Both the position numbers and the translations under genes were made by a program. A DNA stretch of 64,000 bases, taken from a virus. The notes beneath the pieces were generated by a model. That model made no database searches and had not been told where the DNA came from. It saw only the letters and a program-made list of their open reading frames with translations. Shown in pieces: positions 37,313 through 47,148 of this stretch (within the stretch, counting starts at the first letter, position 1; every line of letters starts with the position of its first letter). Where the stretch lies: the IMG/VR virus record IMGVR_UViG_3300044956_000431, positions 1 through 64,000 of that record, one strand, 5' to 3'.

Positions 37313-37597
37313 TCAGTTTCCTACTATTACGTTCAAGCTACCCAAGACTCTGGGATCGAAACAGGTGTCTAGTGATCCTACATACACTATGGGTTTACCC
37401 TCGGCCGTGACAGAACGGCTACCCAATGTTGTCTTTGCTCGACAATGTATTTTCATTACGGGGCAAGGTAGGTGTGGCGAGACAGATGTACCTGTAATGC
37501 AGGCTGGACGTCCATTGATCAGTACGCTCCTGGCTCCGGGAGACATAGCAAGTCCTCCCGCTTCGTTTGGATCACCAATTCTAACTGCTGGTGGCAT
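37313..37597 (-). CDS. PAAR-domain baseplate spike tip protein
   Basis: MPPAVRIGD, VLINGRPA, GSRSVTAEGKP, GSLNVIVG. Confidence 0.85.
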   Translation of the reverse strand: MPPAVRIGDPNEAGGLAMSPGARSVLINGRPACITGTSVSPHLPCPVMKIHCRAKTTLGSRSVTAEGKPIVYVGSLDTCFDPRVLGSLNVIVGN

Positions 37598-37601
37598 AAG
37601 T

Positions 37602-37907
37602 TTATCCTGTTATGATTTGCTTGGCAGGAGGAGTGACAATGCCTGTGGTGGCTTCGAGATATTTGGCACGTACGTCTTCGCGAGTTTCACCTGTCAATGC
37701 AATACTAGCAGTATTTATATGCACATTTTTATTGGGATTTAAGCTCAACAAACAGGGCATCATTTGTAGCCCTTGCGGGCCCAAGACCATGCAGATGGGC
37801 TGGGCTACTTCGATGCTGTCTGAAGTTTTTTTGTAGACTTTGGCTGTGATTTCTTCACCGCTGACCAGTTTAAAAGTGTAGATCTGGTTGAGTTGTATAT
37901 GGTTCAT
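37602..37907 (-). CDS. conserved T4-like phage hypothetical protein (Sm-like)
   Basis: FKLVSGEEI motif and C-terminal GIVTP..IIT. Confidence 0.6.
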   Translation of the reverse strand: MNHIQLNQIYTFKLVSGEEITAKVYKKTSDSIEVAQPICMVLGPQGLQMMPCLLSLNPNKNVHINTASIALTGETREDVRAKYLEATTGIVTPPAKQIITG

Positions 37908-37914
37908 AGGGTTC

Positions 37915-38172
37915 CTAGGTTTTCAGTAAGGCCATACGAGTACGGATCTCGTCTGTGCTCAGCTTACTTAAACCTTGGAATCCACCTTCTACTAATAATT
38001 CACCATTGTGATAGATCTGCGGAACTGTGCGATGTCCTTGGCCAACAATAAAATCTCGTGCGGCTGAGTCTTCGTCGATTTTGATTTCTTCAAACGCAAT
38101 GTCTTTGCTTTGAAGCAGAGCTTTGGCTTGATCGCAAAATGGGCAGTGTTTTTTTGAATATACTGTTAGCAT
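37915..38172 (-). CDS. glutaredoxin
   Basis: CPFC, RTVPQI, GG. Confidence 0.92.
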   Translation of the reverse strand: MLTVYSKKHCPFCDQAKALLQSKDIAFEEIKIDEDSAARDFIVGQGHRTVPQIYHNGELLVEGGFQGLSKLSTDEIRTRMALLKT

Positions 38173-38173
38173 C

Positions 38174-38833
38174 CTATTTTCCTTGATGTATTTTTGAAGC
38201 TAGAACTATTTTACAAATATGCTCTAGTCGTTCAATGTGTTCAAATGCACGCCACGGAGTGGAATCTATGGCCACGACTCCGTGTTCTTTGATACCTACG
38301 ATATCGTAAGCAACATTGCCTTCATTATCTAGCTCAAAATGATGATGACATTGATCGGCTAGTTCTTGACTGATGGGCGGAACATCTCCTACATTGTAAG
38401 CGACCTTAGTATAGCGACTTAGTTCAGGAAACTTTCGGGCAATAGCCCCTAGTTCAATACCGGCATGCATGGCCGCCACACAATAGGTAGGATGTAGATG
38501 AACTACTACCCGCACATCGGTTGAGTGCTGACCCATGGCTCGCTGTAATCCAAAGTGCAAAGGTAACTCGCCGCTAGGTTTTAGGTTAGCACTAATATCA
38601 GTGTAATAATCTTCTTGCCAGGTTTTGCTTAAGAACGGAGGCACCGTGCTGAGTTGATCAATAATGCGAATTTTCTTGAACTGGTCAGGTTGCAGTGTTT
38701 GTTTACGAACACCACTGGGAGTGATGTAAAAGTAATCACGGTCATGATGACGTATGCTGACATTACCATCGCGACTGGTAATCCAGTTACGACGATATGC
38801 CTCTACTAAAGTTTCGCAGATAGTCTCTAGCAT
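38174..38833 (-). CDS. class II aldolase/adducin family protein
   Basis: DGNVS, ITPSG, PSGE..LH, HLHP, HGVV. Confidence 0.85.
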   Translation of the reverse strand: MLETICETLVEAYRRNWITSRDGNVSIRHHDRDYFYITPSGVRKQTLQPDQFKKIRIIDQLSTVPPFLSKTWQEDYYTDISANLKPSGELPLHFGLQRAMGQHSTDVRVVVHLHPTYCVAAMHAGIELGAIARKFPELSRYTKVAYNVGDVPPISQELADQCHHHFELDNEGNVAYDIVGIKEHGVVAIDSTPWRAFEHIERLEHICKIVLASKIHQGK

Positions 38834-39957
38834 TAAAGACTCATGCCCGTAAATGTGTTTAAGTCAACGTCTTGTTTGGTACCACCAATTACGTAAGAGG
38901 TGATTTCTGTTTCTTGTGGTGCCACTTGCACATCGCCGCCAGCAATCCACTTCTGAGTCCACGGCAGTGGATTTGATTCGCCCTTATAATGATTAGGCAA
39001 ACCCAAGGCAGTCATTCGCTTGTGCGCAATCCACTCTATATAGTCGCGGAGCAACTGCTTGTTGAGACCAAGCATAGATCCGTCTTTGAACAAATAGTCA
39101 GCCCAGGCTTCTTCTTGCGCCACAGCAGAATCAAACATAGCTACAACTTCAGCTTGTGTTTCCTGGCGTATCTTTACAAAATCGGCATCGTCTTGTGGAA
39201 GAATCTTCAACAGACTTTGTGAGAAGCCCAAGTGGACGTTTTCGTCACGTGCAATAAGTTTGATAATCTTGGCATTGCCTTCCATCTTTTTCAGTTCGGC
39301 AAAGGCCCAGCTACAAGCAAAGCTCACATAGAAGCGAATGCCTTCTAGCACATTGACCGAGTTAAGGCACAGCCACAGTTTCTTCTTGAGCTCATACTTT
39401 GATACTTCAAACTCAACACCATTGCATGTGTGTTTGCCTGCGCCCAACAGTTGATACCATTGGCTGTAACCTATCAAATCGTCATAGTATTTGGAAATAT
39501 CATTGCCGCAGGCAATGATGTCGTCAATCTCCAGCATCTCGTCAAACACTCTAGCAGGATCTGAATACACATTACGGATGATGTGAGTGTAACTACGACT
39601 GTGAATGGTTTCGGAAAAGGCCCAAGTTTCAATCCAAGTCTCTAGTTCTGGCAGAGTAACAATGGGAAGAAATGCCAAGTTTGGTGAACGACCTTGTACT
39701 GAGTCCAAAAGAATCTGACGCTTGAGGTTGGCGGTAAAGATGTGTTGTTCAAACGGAGTTAGGTCTTTGAAGTCCTTGGCATCACGCAACACATCAACTT
39801 CTTCAGGTCGCCAGAAAAAACCCAACTGCTTGTCAGTGAGCTTGTCAAACTGACGATACTTCAATGTATCATATCGTTGCATGCCCAGGCTACCTTGAGG
39901 ATCAAGAAAGGCCAGGGCGGTGGTATGGTCACGCTTTTTTAGATTAAGTACGGTCAT
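38833..39957 (-). CDS. nrdB: ribonucleotide reductase class Ia beta subunit
   Basis: FFWRPEEV, ETIHSRSY, EGIRFYVSF, RDENVH, VAPQETE. Confidence 0.96.
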   Translation of the reverse strand: MTVLNLKKRDHTTALAFLDPQGSLGMQRYDTLKYRQFDKLTDKQLGFFWRPEEVDVLRDAKDFKDLTPFEQHIFTANLKRQILLDSVQGRSPNLAFLPIVTLPELETWIETWAFSETIHSRSYTHIIRNVYSDPARVFDEMLEIDDIIACGNDISKYYDDLIGYSQWYQLLGAGKHTCNGVEFEVSKYELKKKLWLCLNSVNVLEGIRFYVSFACSWAFAELKKMEGNAKIIKLIARDENVHLGFSQSLLKILPQDDADFVKIRQETQAEVVAMFDSAVAQEEAWADYLFKDGSMLGLNKQLLRDYIEWIAHKRMTALGLPNHYKGESNPLPWTQKWIAGGDVQVAPQETEITSYVIGGTKQDVDLNTFTGMSL

Positions 39958-39969
39958 ATTTATTCTCTT

Positions 39970-42282
39970 TTAAATTTTACAACTATCGCAGTCGGCATCA
40001 TCTGCGATCATTATGTCAGGTGCTTGGATCAGGATTTCTTGTCGATTAATTCTGTCAACATCTATTTCTCCTGACCCGTCATAGGTATTGAAGTAATAGA
40101 GTTGCTTGCCGCCATACTTATAAAACATGATCATATGCTTGAGCATTTCGCTCATTGGAATCTTTTCATCATCAAAGAATTGCGGATTATAGCTGGTGTT
40201 TACACTGATACCTTGGTCAATGTATTTCTGTAACATTGCCATGATCTTCAAGTAACCTTCGGGCGACTTCTGATCCCACAGCAGTTCGTATTTGTTTTTC
40301 AATCTGCGGTATTCGGGAACCACTTGTTTGAGCACACCGTCCTTGCTTTGTTTCACTGTGACATAGCTACGAGGAGGTTCTACTCCATTGGTCGAGTTTG
40401 AAATCTGTGCTGATGTTTCTGCTGGCATCAACGCCATTAGCGTGGAGTTGCGAATACCCGTTGTCTTGAGTTGTTTGCGAAGTTCTGCCCAGTCTACTAC
40501 ATCAACGTGTGGCACCAGCTCGTCAACTTCACGCTTGTAAGTATCCACAGGAAGGATACCGTCACCGTACTTGGTTTCGTTGCTCTTGGGGCAAGCACCA
40601 AACTCACGTGCAAGATCTGCTGATGCTTTGATCAAATAGTATGACCAGTACTGTGCCCAACGATCTACCACAGGCAAGGCTGCTGGATCACTGTAGCTCA
40701 GATCATTCTTGGCCAGCCAGTAGGCAAAGTTAATGATTCCAACTCCCAACGGACGTCGTGCTTCTGTGGCCAACTGTGCGGCAATGATAGGATAGTTTTG
40801 ATAACTCAACAGTGCATCAAGTCCGCGCACTGACAGTGTGCAGGCTTTTTCCATGTCTTCAGGATTACGGAACACACCCCAGTTGATTGCACTTAGTGTA
40901 CACAAGGCAATCTCACCATTCTCATCATGTACATCGTCTAGAGGTTTGGTTGGCAACGTGATCTCACAGCAGAGGTTGCTCATTTTAACAGGCGCCAAGT
41001 CTGGTTTGAATGATCCGTGAGTGTTGGCGTGATCAACGTTTTGTAAGTACACACGACCCGTGTCCTTACGTTCTTGCATGAAAGCAGTAAACAGGTCAAT
41101 GGCTTTGACTTTTTTCTTACGTAGTTTGGTATTGCGCTCAGCTGTTTCATACAGCTCGCGGAATCGATCTACGTCTGAGAAGAAAGCTTCATACATCTCT
41201 GGCACGTCATGCGGCGAGAACAAGGTAATGTCGCCGCCCATGAGCAATCGTTCGTACATGACTTTGTTGAACTGCACACCGTAGTCCATGTGACGCACAC
41301 GATTGTCTTCAGTGCCTTTGTTGTTTTTAAGCACTAGAAGATCTTCAACTTCATAGTGCCAGATTGGGTAATAGAGAGTGGCGGCTCCATTGCGTACACC
41401 GCCTTGGCTACACGAGCGGGTAGCTGCCTGAAACATTTTGTAAAAGGGAATAACACCTGTATGGTATGCATCACCATTGCGAATAGGTGATCCTAGCGCA
41501 CGAATGCGACCGCCGCCAATGCCAATGCCGGCTTTTTGGCTCACATACTTTACAATACTAGACGATGTAGCATTGATCGAATCCAGACTGTCTCCTGTTT
41601 CAATCAACACACAGCTTGAGAACTGGCGCATGGGAGTACGCACACCGGCCATCACAGGAGTGGGCAGACTCACTTGATGCTGACTAATGGCATCATAGTA
41701 TTCGCGAACCCACATCATGCGGCTGTCTTGGGGATAGTGCTGGAACAAGGTGGCTGCGATCAACGCATAGGCCATCTGCGGTGTTTCAAAGATTTCTTTG
41801 GTCACTCTATTCTGTACAAGATACTTGCCACGGAACTGTTCCATGGCTGCATAGGTCAACTGCTCGTCGCGATCGTGACGAATGAAACTGTTGATGCGCC
41901 GCCATTCATTTGCGTTATATACTGTAAGCAACTCATTGTCATAGAATCCAGCAGCCACATTTTTCTTCACAAGATCAAGGATGTGCCAAGGCTGGAACTG
42001 ACCATAGACTTGTTTGCGAAGATGATAGCAAATCAATCTGCCAGCCACGTACTGATAGTTAGGAGTTTCTTCCGTAATCAAGTCTGCCGCGCTCTTGATC
42101 AGTGTTTCTTGAATGTCTGCTGTTTTGATTCCGTTGTAAAACTGTATGTGTGATTTGATTTCAACTTGACTGGCCGAAACTCCTGTGATACCTTCTGTGG
42201 CCCAAAACACCACTTTATGCAGTTTCTCTAAATCCAGTGGCTCCCGTCGTCCGTCTCTTTTTGTTATTTGTATTTGTGTCAT
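39970..42282 (-). CDS. nrdA: ribonucleotide reductase class Ia alpha subunit
   Basis: ATP cone, QFSSC, SNLCCEI, C-terminal CDSC. Confidence 0.97.
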   Translation of the reverse strand: MTQIQITKRDGRREPLDLEKLHKVVFWATEGITGVSASQVEIKSHIQFYNGIKTADIQETLIKSAADLITEETPNYQYVAGRLICYHLRKQVYGQFQPWHILDLVKKNVAAGFYDNELLTVYNANEWRRINSFIRHDRDEQLTYAAMEQFRGKYLVQNRVTKEIFETPQMAYALIAATLFQHYPQDSRMMWVREYYDAISQHQVSLPTPVMAGVRTPMRQFSSCVLIETGDSLDSINATSSSIVKYVSQKAGIGIGGGRIRALGSPIRNGDAYHTGVIPFYKMFQAATRSCSQGGVRNGAATLYYPIWHYEVEDLLVLKNNKGTEDNRVRHMDYGVQFNKVMYERLLMGGDITLFSPHDVPEMYEAFFSDVDRFRELYETAERNTKLRKKKVKAIDLFTAFMQERKDTGRVYLQNVDHANTHGSFKPDLAPVKMSNLCCEITLPTKPLDDVHDENGEIALCTLSAINWGVFRNPEDMEKACTLSVRGLDALLSYQNYPIIAAQLATEARRPLGVGIINFAYWLAKNDLSYSDPAALPVVDRWAQYWSYYLIKASADLAREFGACPKSNETKYGDGILPVDTYKREVDELVPHVDVVDWAELRKQLKTTGIRNSTLMALMPAETSAQISNSTNGVEPPRSYVTVKQSKDGVLKQVVPEYRRLKNKYELLWDQKSPEGYLKIMAMLQKYIDQGISVNTSYNPQFFDDEKIPMSEMLKHMIMFYKYGGKQLYYFNTYDGSGEIDVDRINRQEILIQAPDIMIADDADCDSCKI

Positions 42283-42289
42283 CGCTATC

Positions 42290-42721
42290 TCAGTTAATTT
42301 TCTTTACTACCACTTGTGAATCTACGCTCCTCTTTATGCTTACTTGTGTGGATGTCATATTTAACAACTCCCCCGATGCCCAATTCAGGATATATTTTCC
42401 CCCGTTCACTAGAACTAAATTGTCCCCGGAATCACCATTGTCGGCTATGTGCATGGCGGTTATGTCAGATCTTCCGGTCATTTGGATAGTATACACTATG
42501 CCCAGAGCTTTTGCAAGACTGCAAAAGTGATTGTCAACCAATAACTGCCAAGGATCTGGCCAATCATGCAAATCGTCCCAATGCAAATAATGATTGACCA
42601 TGGGTGCCTGTTGCCACCAATCATTGATGGCCAACAGTGCTTGATCGATTGGATTATTTTGGTTGGCAGTGCGTAGTTCTCTCCACTGAACCAACCGTTC
42701 TTCATAACGGTCAGACCACAC
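42290..42721 (-). CDS. hypothetical protein
   Basis: 143-aa Trp-rich ORF (WPDPWQL..N.FC). Confidence 0.6.
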   Translation of the reverse strand: MWSDRYEERLVQWRELRTANQNNPIDQALLAINDWWQQAPMVNHYLHWDDLHDWPDPWQLLVDNHFCSLAKALGIVYTIQMTGRSDITAMHIADNGDSGDNLVLVNGGKYILNWASGELLNMTSTQVSIKRSVDSQVVVKKIN

Positions 42722-42723
42722 AG

Positions 42724-44343
42724 TTATCCTAGATAGCTGATGGAATATTTTAATGTGCCGCCAGTGGCAATGCCACCCAGTGTGTACTGTACGTTGATAT
42801 TGCTACCGCTTTGGGTCACACTCAATACCAAGTCTGTGGGATTGTTTTCAGTATAATCATCTGTGTAGCTCAAGGTACCTGCCGAATCATCGCTGTCTTG
42901 TGCTACCACTGTTAGTGTGCCAAAACGTATGGTTAAGTTTAAATCGTCTCTAAATCTGTATTGCATAGTAAACGCCTGTGCTTCTGCTGTATTAATAGTC
43001 ATCACAGTAGTTGGTGCACCAGTAAGATCTAGATAGACCTGGTCGCCTGCGTTTTGAATATAGGTACCAAACTTGTAACGTTCACCTTTGTCTAAGGCAA
43101 AAACTTTTTTATTATTAACCTTGATTCTAGGCTCAACAATGTTGAACGCTTCATCTCGCTCAAACATGTCTCCTAGCGACACGTTGTTGTCATTTTGTAT
43201 GTCAACGATGGGTGCTGTGGGAGTCTGGTTACCGCCCTGGAAGTTTGTGGCCACATCCAAGAAGATGTTATAGCCAGTCATGTTGTTTTCAACAGCACCA
43301 ATAATGATGCCTTCTTGCGCTATATTATCAAACAGATTATGCAACACACGGAAGCCTACAGGTCCGCCGTTGACGGGTGCACCTGTGCCTAACAATATGC
43401 CTTGGTACAGTACATTGAACTTAGAGTTTTGTACGGTCACGCCCTGTATCTGCTGGTCTGCGTTAAATGCATAGGTCATGCCTGTGTAGTGGCAAAAATC
43501 AAACGTGATGGTGTTGGTAATATAACTCACAGTGCTGGCAAATCTCACACAGACAATGTTGGCCGTGGTTACATCGCCGGCATTGTTTTCAATGTAACTC
43601 TGACTAAAAGGACCTCGAAAGCTAACGTTTTGAAAGGTGATCTGTTCAGCGTCTTCAACCAAGAAAAGATCAACTTCTTCGTTGCTTTGGAAACCCATGT
43701 TGTAGATTTCAATGTTCTGTGGAGGTGCGGCACCATTGTTACCAATGTTTACACCTGTTTGCTGTAGACTGTCAGCAGTGCGAGCCGCATAAGATGCCAC
43801 TGTAGAGTCATCTCTAGCAACAAGGAATATGATAGAACTGTCACCACCTTCGCCATATAGTTTGGCGTAAGGCGGAATGTTAATGGTCTCATTGACAAGA
43901 TACACACCAGCTGGAAAAAACAAACTACGGCGCACTTGTGGATTGGCTTCGCGACAGAACATCTGGAACAGCGCACGATTGATAGCATCTGTATCGTCGG
44001 TTTCTCCGTCTCCAGTGGCACCAAAGTCCTTGACTGATGCCATTTCGTCCAGTACCGACTGTAGGGTACGTTTTACAGGATTGCTGGATGTGGGACCTGT
44101 TTGTACAGTGTATCCACCAGCTTCGCCTTTGTAGGTATAGAGTCCGGCGATAGCAAATATGTCAGAATACTGTGTGAGTATTTCAGTGTTGCCAATGGCA
44201 GGTGCACCTTCTTGTATGGTGCCGTTACCAATGAAAAGCCGACGCTCGTCAATGACCCAGCCAAACTCTGCACCTGCTAGTTGCGGTAAGTTTTCACTGA
44301 GTCCTTTGCGCTGGGTGATACGTGATATCTGAACTATTGCCAT
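42724..44343 (-). CDS. tail/virion protein with pectate-lyase-like beta-helix
   Basis: LPQLAGAEFGW...LFIGNG N-terminus; SVKDFGATGDGETDDTDAINRA, FFPAGVY. Confidence 0.75.
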   Translation of the reverse strand: MAIVQISRITQRKGLSENLPQLAGAEFGWVIDERRLFIGNGTIQEGAPAIGNTEILTQYSDIFAIAGLYTYKGEAGGYTVQTGPTSSNPVKRTLQSVLDEMASVKDFGATGDGETDDTDAINRALFQMFCREANPQVRRSLFFPAGVYLVNETINIPPYAKLYGEGGDSSIIFLVARDDSTVASYAARTADSLQQTGVNIGNNGAAPPQNIEIYNMGFQSNEEVDLFLVEDAEQITFQNVSFRGPFSQSYIENNAGDVTTANIVCVRFASTVSYITNTITFDFCHYTGMTYAFNADQQIQGVTVQNSKFNVLYQGILLGTGAPVNGGPVGFRVLHNLFDNIAQEGIIIGAVENNMTGYNIFLDVATNFQGGNQTPTAPIVDIQNDNNVSLGDMFERDEAFNIVEPRIKVNNKKVFALDKGERYKFGTYIQNAGDQVYLDLTGAPTTVMTINTAEAQAFTMQYRFRDDLNLTIRFGTLTVVAQDSDDSAGTLSYTDDYTENNPTDLVLSVTQSGSNINVQYTLGGIATGGTLKYSISYLG

Positions 44344-44363
44344 TCTTGTCTCCGATCACGTAT

Positions 44364-45074
44364 TTAGCTGGTCAAGTAGTAGAGATCCACACGCTTGTTC
44401 CACTCATTTTTCCAGTGCGCAAACTCTTCTTTTTCTATCACAAACTCCTGATATTCGGGGGTTGTATAGGTGTTGTCTTCCAACAGTTTGGGCTGGGCAG
44501 CCATCAAAATTACGCCCGTGTCTATGTCTGTGCCATGCATGTGATCATGAGCTTGTGCATAGGCCGCCAGTTGAATGAAGTAATCGCTGATCCATTCACG
44601 ACGTTTGGGTTTGTTTGTTTGTTTAAAGTCCATGATTGCAGGACGCCCTTTCCAGATACCAACACAGTCTGTGGTCCCTGCGTACAGTCCTGAATAATAC
44701 AGCGGAACTTCGCTGCCCCAGTATTCGTCAACATTGCACAGTCCCTGGAGTATGACTTCTGCAGCCATGAACCACGACGGGTGTGCAAAAGGATTGCCTG
44801 GCAAAGGTTTCATATCATCGCTGAGAATATAACGTTCAAGATAAGCATGCATTCTCGTGCCACGATTGGCGGCTTCTGTGGTAATAGTCTGTGCCTGTTG
44901 CTCGCCCACTCGCTTTTTCCAGTTGGCCAAAGCTTCACGTTGTTCTGCGGGCTTGGTTCGGTCTAAAATAGTTGTTACCGAAGGAACTTTTGAGCCATCG
45001 GGTAGACAATAGTGTCGTTTGCCTTCTAGTGTAGTGCGATCCAACGGTGCATAGTTGTAGCATTGTGTTATCAT
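44364..45074 (-). CDS. PD-(D/E)XK exonuclease (Cas4/MGME1-like)
   Basis: PSVTTIL, RGTRMH, E...YAGTTD, MDFK, QLAAYA. Confidence 0.85.
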   Translation of the reverse strand: MITQCYNYAPLDRTTLEGKRHYCLPDGSKVPSVTTILDRTKPAEQREALANWKKRVGEQQAQTITTEAANRGTRMHAYLERYILSDDMKPLPGNPFAHPSWFMAAEVILQGLCNVDEYWGSEVPLYYSGLYAGTTDCVGIWKGRPAIMDFKQTNKPKRREWISDYFIQLAAYAQAHDHMHGTDIDTGVILMAAQPKLLEDNTYTTPEYQEFVIEKEEFAHWKNEWNKRVDLYYLTS

Positions 45075-45403
45075 TAAACTCGGAAACTTTCTCCGCAACC
45101 ACAGCGATCACGTTCATTGGGGTTAACAAAATCAAATCCTTCATTGAGTCCTTTACGGACCCAATCCATGATCATACCTTCAAGGTAAGGACGATGTTTG
45201 GGATCTACATAAATGCGCACACCATTGACATCATAGTGCGCTATACAGTGTTCTCGGCCCTGCTCTGTATCCACATATTCCAAAGTGTAGGCTAGCCCCG
45301 AACAACCTGTGGTTTTTACTCCAATCTTGATACCTAGACCGCGCCCACGACGTGCAATGTTTTCCTTGACTTTGCAGGCAGCTAGTTCAGTTATATTAAT
45401 CAT
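45074..45403 (-). CDS. iscA: Fe-S cluster assembly A-type carrier
   Basis: TTGCSGLAY, NPNE..RCGCGESF. Confidence 0.92.
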   Translation of the reverse strand: MINITELAACKVKENIARRGRGLGIKIGVKTTGCSGLAYTLEYVDTEQGREHCIAHYDVNGVRIYVDPKHRPYLEGMIMDWVRKGLNEGFDFVNPNERDRCGCGESFRV

Positions 45404-46392
45404 TGTTTGAAATATTTTCCAATCAAACTAGCGTAGATATCGCGATTGTAATCTGCAATAGCATTGATTTGAGTCAGCATCTTTTGTTTCTGCTCATAGT
45501 CCAAAGATGCTATACGACGTATTTCGTCTTTGATCATGTCAAAACGTTTTTCTGGGTTTGACTCTTTATCGTAGTCTTCGTTGATCCATGGATCAAAAGT
45601 CTTGAACCCTAGGCCTCTCAAATCAACTAACTGCCCCTGAGTGCCTAACAGAATAAAAGGTTTACCTGATACCAAACACTTGGCAGTTTTTTCTGTCCAC
45701 CAACCACATTCATATACATTGGTTTCTATTACAACTTCTATATGATACAATGGAAAAACATTGTGATAATCTGGCAAGCAGTTGAATCCATCTACTCGCC
45801 CATTGTATCCACCTTCGATGGTAGCATTTTTCTCTTGTCTTGATCGCAACCAATCAAGTTCTTTAACAAACCATTTCTTTACGGATTCAAATTCGTATTC
45901 TGCCCATTCAATCTTGGGTTGGAACGCCACAACACTGTGTTGTGCTATCTCTGTTTCCAAAAAATACGCCATCAAAAATCTATGAGGAGTAAATCTTCCA
46001 AAAAAGCCCCCAAACATCCTGGCGTTGGGATCTCGAATGCATTTGTCAACCTTAATGTCTCTGAGCGCCTGTGTTAAACTTGTGCTAGGTCTCGTTATCA
46101 CCGTAGCCCAGGGAGTTTCAAACAGTGGAACATGATCGTAGGTATCCAACACAAGTCTGTGTTTGGGCAGTGACATCGTAGTAGCTACATGTTCTAACAC
46201 ACGATCAAATGCTACCATCCTAAAAGGTTCTGTTTCGTGAGACAAGAATCTCACGGTGCGGGTACTGATAGTGTCGCTGAGCTGATAGAGAGTCCTATAC
46301 AGTTCTGGTAAATGATGCACATATCCGTCATGTTTGATATAATCGGTTAGACGTACAATCACTTCATTGTCTGTGACGTTTACACAATCCAT
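45400..46392 (-). CDS. glycosyltransferase-like hypothetical protein
   Basis: VVIET...TEKTAKCL..GKPFI...GFKTF...EDYD; paralog of 19567..20889. Confidence 0.5.
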   Translation of the reverse strand: MDCVNVTDNEVIVRLTDYIKHDGYVHHLPELYRTLYQLSDTISTRTVRFLSHETEPFRMVAFDRVLEHVATTMSLPKHRLVLDTYDHVPLFETPWATVITRPSTSLTQALRDIKVDKCIRDPNARMFGGFFGRFTPHRFLMAYFLETEIAQHSVVAFQPKIEWAEYEFESVKKWFVKELDWLRSRQEKNATIEGGYNGRVDGFNCLPDYHNVFPLYHIEVVIETNVYECGWWTEKTAKCLVSGKPFILLGTQGQLVDLRGLGFKTFDPWINEDYDKESNPEKRFDMIKDEIRRIASLDYEQKQKMLTQINAIADYNRDIYASLIGKYFKQ

Positions 46393-46779
46393 TTAGGCCT
46401 GATGTTTTTTACGATAATCGTCTACTGCGGCCTTGATAGCATCCTCGGCCAGGATTGAACAATGTATCTTTACTGGTGGAAGTGCTAGTTCTTCTGCAAT
46501 GGCTGAGTTTTTGATTGAACTGGCTTGGTCGAGAGTTTTACCTTTGACCCACTCTGTGACCAGACTTGAGCTTGCGATAGCCGATCCGCAGCCATACGTT
46601 TTAAATTTCGCATCTGTAATAATACCTGTAGCATCATCTACCTTTATCTGTAGTTTCATTACATCCCCGCAAGCAGGTGCTCCAACCATACCAGTACCAA
46701 CGGTAGGATCAGACTTATCAAGACTACCAACATTACGGGGGTTTTCATAGTGATCTACGACCATATTGCTGTACGCCAT
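46393..46779 (-). CDS. iscU: Fe-S cluster scaffold protein
   Basis: DHYENPRNVG, GAPACGD, GCGSAIASSS, LPPVKIHCS. Confidence 0.96.
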   Translation of the reverse strand: MAYSNMVVDHYENPRNVGSLDKSDPTVGTGMVGAPACGDVMKLQIKVDDATGIITDAKFKTYGCGSAIASSSLVTEWVKGKTLDQASSIKNSAIAEELALPPVKIHCSILAEDAIKAAVDDYRKKHQA

Positions 46780-46811
46780 AAGAACCTCCTTTTGTTATTA
46801 TACTAGATTAT

Positions 46812-47147
46812 TTACTTTAGGTCAATGGCACGTTTGGCCATTTGGTTCACGGTTTTACGGGCTTGATCCACACTCATTTTTTGATTGCTGGCATCTGGAG
46901 TTTTAGAACCTTTCCAAATAATCTCGCCGTTTTGAATAGAGTCAATGACATTGTTGAGCGGTGGTTGTACTGCCAAGGTTTCCAGGCGTTCGGCTGTCAT
47001 GTTGATACCATTCTCGTGAGCAAGACTGATAAATGCATCCACATTCATGGGTTTGATTGCGTCTGTATCTTGAGCCCGCTTGAGTAAAAAATGGCCTATG
47101 GCGGCCAGTTTTGTTGAGTCTGGATCCCGGAACTCTCGGATCAACAT
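46812..47147 (-). CDS. hypothetical late protein
   Basis: Likely start MLIREF at 47147. Confidence 0.55.
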   Translation of the reverse strand: MLIREFRDPDSTKLAAIGHFLLKRAQDTDAIKPMNVDAFISLAHENGINMTAERLETLAVQPPLNNVIDSIQNGEIIWKGSKTPDASNQKMSVDQARKTVNQMAKRAIDLK

Positions 47148-47148
47148 A

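Noticed and set aside
38833-42282. Introns or inteins in nrdA/nrdB
   Set aside because: Both ORFs are continuous and of normal length.
44364-45074. CRISPR-Cas (Cas4-like nuclease)
   Set aside because: No repeat-spacer array or other cas genes were seen; solo PD-(D/E)XK exonucleases are common in phages.
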